From a virus (taxonomy: Duplodnaviria > Caudoviricetes), in IMG/VR virus record IMGVR_UViG_3300033149_001001, positions 1 through 60,247 of that record: a DNA stretch of 60,247 bases; one strand, written 5' to 3'. Positions 54,915 through 60,247 of the stretch are shown one piece after another. Numbering within the stretch: the stretch's first letter is position 1; every line of letters begins with the position of its first letter. The notes under the pieces are model-generated. The model saw nothing but the letters and a program-made list of their open reading frames with translations, was not told the DNA's origin and made no database searches. A program made the position numbers and the translations under genes.

Positions 54915-55952
54915 ATGGAATCAGTAAAGTTACATCGGACAATCATGGGGGTTGAAACGGACAATTCTTTGGGACCCCACAATAAGGTGGTTCACCAATG
55001 CTCCTCCACCGGATTTCGCTGGATCATCTCCAAGCAGGAAGGGAAGTATGTGGCTCAAGTCATTTCGTTGGATACGGATGAAGGGTATATGGTCTTTGGC
55101 CCCAAAGCTGTGAGGGGTATGCTCCGAACAGGTAGCTTTATGCGGGTATCAACCACCACTGTCGAAGAGATGATTGATATCATTATGGAAACTCGGAGGG
55201 TAAATTAGCATGTTCCTAAAGGTGCAAGACGACAAACAACGCGACAAGATGCTGATCGAGTCGGATCGCATTCAATGGGCAGTCCCGAACAAGCTTCGCG
55301 TCTGGCCCAACACGAGCGATCCTACCAGATACGCCACTTTTTGTCTGAACCACGGCGACTACGTGTTCATCATGAACAACGACGGCAAGACCATCTACAG
55401 TAAGAGAGTTGTGTGATGAAGAACCTACTTGAAGATTTGCAGTGGGAAGAGAGTAAAGACGATAAACTGCATTATGGGAGGGCGATAATGAACGTCTTAC
55501 AGGATTGGCTTGAAAACATCTCGTGGATGAAGCAGACAGTGCTTATATCGGCATTCCGCAACTGTGACACGATGGGCTCCACGGGTCCACATAAGACCTT
55601 GGTTCGTGGTGTCCGCATGTCGATCATTCGATCATCGTACCGTCCAGAAAAGCTGAGCAGTGGCTTCATTATGCCGACCCCCGAAGAAATCATTCTCGCT
55701 GGGCATGAGTTCGTTGATAACGAGTGGGACTGCTTCCCGCTTCGCTTTGTCACTCATCTCATGCACGCTGCCCAAGTCCTTGGGGATCACTACCCAGACA
55801 CCAAACATCGGCTGGCATGGAGTCAGACCTATGCGGCCATGGTTCACGGACTTCATTTGCGGCCGGAGTCACATCACAATTTCCAAAAGCGACTACAGGG
55901 TGACATATCTTATATTGAGGAGCAGAAAATCGGTCCGGAGGATTTATCGTAA
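54915..55952 (+). other. Hypothetical ORFs 54915..55208, 55210..55416, 55413..55952
   Basis: AAGGAG RBS for the first; coupled ORFs. Confidence 0.6.
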
Positions 55953-56542
55953 TGACTACCGCAAAGCGAATTTTCGCCAAGGAATTGTCATATATTCAGG
56001 ACGAAAGTGTCCGCAATTTCGTGGTTTGGGCTTTCAACGTCCTTTGCCCGGAATACTTTTGGGTAATTCCAGCCAGTCAAAGAGGCCACCATCCCCGAAA
56101 GTGTCAAGCCCTCGGTGGGCTCGTAATGCACACGAAACTCGCGGTGCGGTTCGGACGCTCTTTTATTGAGTTGTGGCCTGATCCTCCTGGGACGGCTCAT
56201 GATGAAGTAATTGCGGCTCTTCTTTTGCATGATATGTTCAAGCGGGGTAGCTCTTTCAATGAATTGAAATCGTTCGATTCTCATGAGGAAGCGAAGCGAC
56301 GTCATGGGTTGTTCTGTGCTGAGCGACTTCGATGGCTATACAAAAATGATTCCGGTCTAAGAGGCCTTATCCAGAAAGATCGATTCAGGCGGATAGTTGT
56401 GGCGGTTCGCGATCACATGGGTAAGTGGGCCGATGGGTGTGTCCAAGATCAGATCAACATAGTCAGCATCACAACGCATATGGCGGACTACGCCGCGAGC
56501 CGTCATCTCGACAAATGGTTAGAGGAGTTGGAGGCCACATAA
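55952..56542 (+). CDS. HD-domain phosphohydrolase
   Basis: HH...GGLVMHT, LLHD, HMG and HMAD motifs. Confidence 0.85.
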   Translation: MTTAKRIFAKELSYIQDESVRNFVVWAFNVLCPEYFWVIPASQRGHHPRKCQALGGLVMHTKLAVRFGRSFIELWPDPPGTAHDEVIAALLLHDMFKRGSSFNELKSFDSHEEAKRRHGLFCAERLRWLYKNDSGLRGLIQKDRFRRIVVAVRDHMGKWADGCVQDQINIVSITTHMADYAASRHLDKWLEELEAT

Positions 56543-56673
56543 TGCCGTATAAGCGAAGAGGCAAGTGCTTGTATGTGAAAAAGCATGGTCACTGGTGGAA
56601 ATGGAAATGCTACAGGGCAGTAGCAACCGCGAAACGAATGCTGACATATTACCGCAAAAAGACCGGACATTAA
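56542..56673 (+). CDS. Small basic protein (43 aa)
   Basis: GGAGG RBS, TAATG overlap, MPYKRRGK... Confidence 0.5.
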   Translation: MPYKRRGKCLYVKKHGHWWKWKCYRAVATAKRMLTYYRKKTGH

Positions 56674-56674
56674 G

Positions 56675-57157
56675 ATGCAATTTCATGTTGACAGGGTTAA
56701 ACCAGTAATTGAGCCGGAAGTGCGAAATCTATGCACGCGGCCCTACCATAATCACCCACATGGTTGTCCGAACTACGGCAAGCGAGATACTTGCCCGCCT
56801 ACTGCGAAGTTGTTCAACAAGGTCTATGACCTAAGCCGCCCCGTCTGGGCATTGTGGACGTCGTTCGATCTTGGCGAGCATGTGGCTCGAATGAAGGCAC
56901 GGCATCCAAAATGGACGTACCGGCAAACCTCATGCTGCCTATATTGGCAAGGCACTGTTCGTAAGTTCCTCAGAGAACATGCTCAGAAGTGGTGGATGGG
57001 GGCTGATGTTGGCACGCTCATAACGACATGCCCGGAAGCTATGGGCATTAACTTAACGGCCACCATGGCGAGTATTGGCGTTAAGCTGGAGTGGCCTCCG
57101 AAACAGTACACCCGCGTGATCTATGTTGCGGGGCAGATTCGTGGATTGACGTATTAA
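56675..57157 (+). CDS. DUF2284-like predicted metal-binding protein
   Basis: C...GCPNYG...CPP and PEAMGIN..T motifs. Confidence 0.65.
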   Translation: MQFHVDRVKPVIEPEVRNLCTRPYHNHPHGCPNYGKRDTCPPTAKLFNKVYDLSRPVWALWTSFDLGEHVARMKARHPKWTYRQTSCCLYWQGTVRKFLREHAQKWWMGADVGTLITTCPEAMGINLTATMASIGVKLEWPPKQYTRVIYVAGQIRGLTY

Positions 57158-57172
57158 CTCGAAAGGTAAGAA

Positions 57173-57740
57173 ATGGATATAAGCAAACGCAAAGAACGCA
57201 AGGCGAGAACAGGAAGTCCGGACCAATTGGCCCTCCAGAACGCAATTCGCAATAGATACACCCAGAATTGGCCGAACGTGATCCTGCACTTGACAACTCG
57301 TATTCAGTCGATGAATGATCGGTTCCAGCGGCTCGTCAAGAAATTACTCTTCACCGAAGGGCTGATCTTCGAGATGTATCGGGACGGTGATAATTTCGTG
57401 CTCAGGTTCCGACGAAATGAGCGAGTCGAGACCCACAAGATCAGTATAGAAAAGGTCCAGGACGCACTCCCACATATTGAGGTCATGATTCTGGACAGAC
57501 TCGAACGCTCAGAGTTACTCGCAGATGGATAAGTTACGGGCAGAACTGGAGATGCGGCTTGATTGCCCGCACACTGAGCCATTCAAGGTGCTCACTGGGA
57601 CCACGCTGTATGCTGATATCTTTCCGGAATTGACTACGTTTACCGACTTACGCCCACCAGAATTGTGGGGTGTCCCGGTATTTTTGGAGGTGGCGTTACC
57701 TGAAAATGAATACAAGATTTTAGCGAGACCGAGGTTATGA
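57173..57740 (+). other. Hypothetical ORFs 57173..57532 and 57525..57740
   Basis: Coupled + strand ORFs. Confidence 0.55.
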
Positions 57741-58240
57741 TTTTGACGTCACGTCATCTCAAGGTTGCGTTGTTATCGTACTATCGTTTTCAGCGTCAGT
57801 TCGTATGTGTGGATGAGTTTAACGGGGCTGACGTCATCGTAGATACGGGCAAGGATATTATCGAGATTGAGGTAAAGATTGATAAGAATGATCTTTGTGC
57901 CGGAGAGCGAAAGAAGCAGCGGAAGCATCAGTGCTATCTGCACGGTCATATGTTCCACCGATGTCACCCGAATCGGTTCATGTTCTGTGTTCCAACGAGT
58001 TTGCGTGAAGCAGCGGAGTCTATGATTGATGAATTGAATCCGAAGTATGGATTGATTCTCTTCAATGAATCCAGGTGGGCAGACTGCTTTGATTTAGGGG
58101 CCATGATTTCTATGGTGAAGCGTGCGGGTCAATTACATGACGGATATTCTGGGCTACAGCAAAGGTTAATCGCCAAGCGTGCGTCTTCAAAATTGATTAC
58201 TTTGATGCAGAAACAACTAATCCATGGGAACCAAATTTGA
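57737..58240 (+). CDS. PD-(D/E)XK nuclease (MmcB-like)
   Basis: E...ADV....EIEVK...DL and NRFMFCVP..YGLI motifs. Confidence 0.65.
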   Translation: MILTSRHLKVALLSYYRFQRQFVCVDEFNGADVIVDTGKDIIEIEVKIDKNDLCAGERKKQRKHQCYLHGHMFHRCHPNRFMFCVPTSLREAAESMIDELNPKYGLILFNESRWADCFDLGAMISMVKRAGQLHDGYSGLQQRLIAKRASSKLITLMQKQLIHGNQI

Positions 58241-58741
58241 TTCGGAGTTCATTAAGCAGTATTGTCGCTCAGTTGGGATTCGGTGCAATCTGGATATTTT
58301 CCCATGGAAATATCTGGGATGGACGGACGATGCCTTTATGGCCGAAACCTTGAGATTCGCCCATGGTGGAGTGGTTCCCAAAAATCATCAACGCCACCTT
58401 CTGGGCATAGTGCGGGATCAAGAGAAGGTCTTGATCGAGAGACATGAGTTTGTGACGGCTCGTAAACGGGCCTTAAATACTAAACGACTACGAAATCTTG
58501 CCCCAGCAGGCAAACAATTGGAGTTATTTTGATGCGTATTTCAGCAATTCAAGGTGATCCGGGATACAATGAAATAGCGATTCGGAAAGAAGGCATTGAG
58601 ATTTTCTGTGATGGCGAGAAGGTGGAGAATGCCCACACAGCCGATACTGATGAGGGTCTCGTGCGATTCTATGTCAAGAATGAGCAGGGCCGAATCAAGA
58701 CTCACGAGAAAAAAGGTGTAGTCGAAATTCGGGGATTGTAA
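58224..58741 (+). other. Hypothetical ORFs 58224..58532 and 58532..58741
   Basis: Coupled + strand ORFs. Confidence 0.55.
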
Positions 58742-58751
58742 CGGTTTTTTC

Positions 58752-58780
58752 TTGACATTTACTGGTTTATGTCCTATAAT
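58752..58780 (+). promoter_or_regulatory. Consensus sigma70 promoter of the packaging operon
   Basis: TTGACA-N17-TATAAT. Confidence 0.8.
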
Positions 58781-58790
58781 CAGCGTAGTT

Positions 58791-59309
58791 ATGGAACATA
58801 AACCTGTGAAAATTGATCCAAACAAGCGGCTACCGGCGTCGGCAGACATTACAGAGGCTCAGATTGAGCTTTATCTGGCCTACTTGGAGACGACTGGTCG
58901 TAAGAGGTATAGTGCGATCATGGCGGGGGTGGCTCCTGGTCGCATGATTTATCGAGCAAAAAAAGATTCCGATTTGCGGGATCGGGAATTGATGGCGATG
59001 CAGGGATATTGTGAGCTTATTGAGGCCGCGATCCATGATAGGGCCATCAACGGGGTGCCGAGAGGCGTCTATTACAGAGGTGAGCGAATCGCCACCGAAC
59101 TGCATTATTCGGATACGCTACTTTTGGCCTTGGCTAAAGCACATGATCCGAAATATCGTGACAAATTATCCATTGATGCGAACGTCAAAGCTGGCGTTCT
59201 TGTTGTCCAGACGTCCCTGAACCCTGATGATTGGGAGAAAGAATATGCTGGAATGCGAGTTGACCAAAACCGGACTGACGATTTATGTGAAGAGTCAGGT
59301 AAAGCCTAA
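58791..59309 (+). CDS. terS: Terminase small subunit
   Basis: HTH-like N-terminus; RAING...YY.G.....YSDTLL..L.K.H.PKYRD motif; upstream of terL. Confidence 0.8.
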   Translation: MEHKPVKIDPNKRLPASADITEAQIELYLAYLETTGRKRYSAIMAGVAPGRMIYRAKKDSDLRDRELMAMQGYCELIEAAIHDRAINGVPRGVYYRGERIATELHYSDTLLLALAKAHDPKYRDKLSIDANVKAGVLVVQTSLNPDDWEKEYAGMRVDQNRTDDLCEESGKA

Positions 59310-59586
59310 TGTAAAAGTGATGGTCGAGTGTGGTTTTGATAGAAGTATTGCGATTGTGGGTGCGGGGGCTGCTGCCGAAGAATTGAACCAGAAATATGGT
59401 GACTCTATCGATCCCGCTGATTGCGTGGCTGCGGTGAAGAAATTCTTTGCAACAGATGTTGATATTCAATGTCGGTATTGTGGTTGGCGGGAAAAGGGAA
59501 CCAAGTTTTGTACGCAGCATCAAACCGAAACAAATGATGGTCAGCAATGTGAACTATTTCGCCATGTCTTTAGTGTGGTCAGATAG

Positions 59587-60247
59587 ATGAGCCAAGCAGT
59601 TGAGTGGAAACTGGTAGATAGTGGCCTCCGAGCTTTCGTGGATGGTGCTCCAGTTATTTGGTTCCCTCAGCCTGGAAGCCAAGAAGCTTTTCTACGATGC
59701 CCGATTTTTGAAGCAATCCTCGCAGGTAATCGAGGCGGGGGCAAGACTGACGCATTGCTGATGGACTTTGCTCAGCATGTCGGTCGAGGTTTTGGTGCAG
59801 AGTGGAACGGCATTCTTTTTCGGCGTACATTCCCTGAACTTGAGGACGTGATTGCTAAGTCTCTTAAATGGTTTCATCAAGTCTGGCCGAATGCCGACTA
59901 TAATAAGCAGGCGAAAACCTGGACTTGGGTGACTGGCGAAACATTGAAGTTTCGGCATATTACCCGGCCAAGTGAGTACTGGAGTTATCACGGCCACGCC
60001 TATCCATGGGTTGGCTTTGAAGAATTGACGACGTGGCCTAATTCGGAGTGCTATACTCCGCTTTTTTCATTGTGTCGGTCAAGTCATGTGCAGGTTGCGA
60101 AGATAGCACGAATTAGAGCCACCTGCAATCCTTACGGTCCAGGGCATAATTGGGTGAAGAAGCGGTTCGACTTACCTATGGAGAGTGGTCGAGTCATCGG
60201 TCGAATCATTAAAGATGAGCGTATCGGCGTTCCAGAGGATATGCGGG
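59587..60247 (+). CDS. terL: Terminase large subunit, N-terminal ATPase part (continues across the junction to 956; about 500 aa in total)
   Basis: Hand translation from ATG 59587: PQPGSQ, Walker A GNRGGGKT, Walker B VGFEELT, coupling motif ATCNP; in frame with ORF 21..956. Confidence 0.93.
   Translation, partial: MSQAVEWKLVDSGLRAFVDGAPVIWFPQPGSQEAFLRCPIFEAILAGNRGGGKTDALLMDFAQHVGRGFGAEWNGILFRRTFPELEDVIAKSLKWFHQVWPNADYNKQAKTWTWVTGETLKFRHITRPSEYWSYHGHAYPWVGFEELTTWPNSECYTPLFSLCRSSHVQVAKIARIRATCNPYGPGHNWVKKRFDLPMESGRVIGRIIKDERIGVPEDMR
60134..60247. repeat. Terminal direct repeat, right copy (identical to 1-114)
   Basis: Exact match to window start. Confidence 0.95.

Noticed and set aside
60134-60247. 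Biological direct terminal repeat
   Set aside because: Falls in the middle of terL; best explained as assembler overlap

Overview
The window is a complete, circularly assembled dsDNA tailed-phage genome of about 60,133 bp. Bases 1-114 are repeated exactly at 60134-60247, and the large terminase gene reads through that junction. Essentially all genes lie on the + strand. Gene order: terminase, portal, scaffold, major capsid, two decoration-like paralogs, neck, tail tube, frameshifting tail chaperone, tape measure, GTA/YuA-type tail tip and fibre (1-23.5 kb). Next comes a nucleotide-hydrolase cluster and a replication module with SNF2 helicase, SSB-like protein, Dda/RecD-like helicase, family A DNA polymerase, resolvase-like nuclease and primase-helicase (24-37 kb). 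A long accessory/early region (37-58.7 kb) carries repeated sigma70-like promoters, a trypsin-like protease, dimeric dUTPase, RtcB, a cyclic-phosphate-receiver-like protein, HD and nuclease proteins and many small ORFs. The layout resembles YuA/M6-like siphoviruses; this is recognition by eye, not a search result. I could not recognise an integrase, repressor or endolysin. The most unusual signals are non-coding. (1) A promoter-proximal 171-nt RNA has canonical tRNA cloverleaf spacing, but its anticodon loop is replaced by a 104-nt two-hairpin insert capped by self-complementary GGCC loops, and it lies upstream of rtcB. (2) Helically phased GGGTGGG repeats form three G-quadruplex motifs, and the same motif recurs inside a protease gene. 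(3) About 20 copies of a TTATCGGAC motif resembling a dif/XerC arm bracket an early cassette region and overlap structural-gene promoters. (4) There is a combinatorial 15-bp tandem array, and duplicated promoter, leader and junction modules. All product calls come from motif recognition and synteny only.
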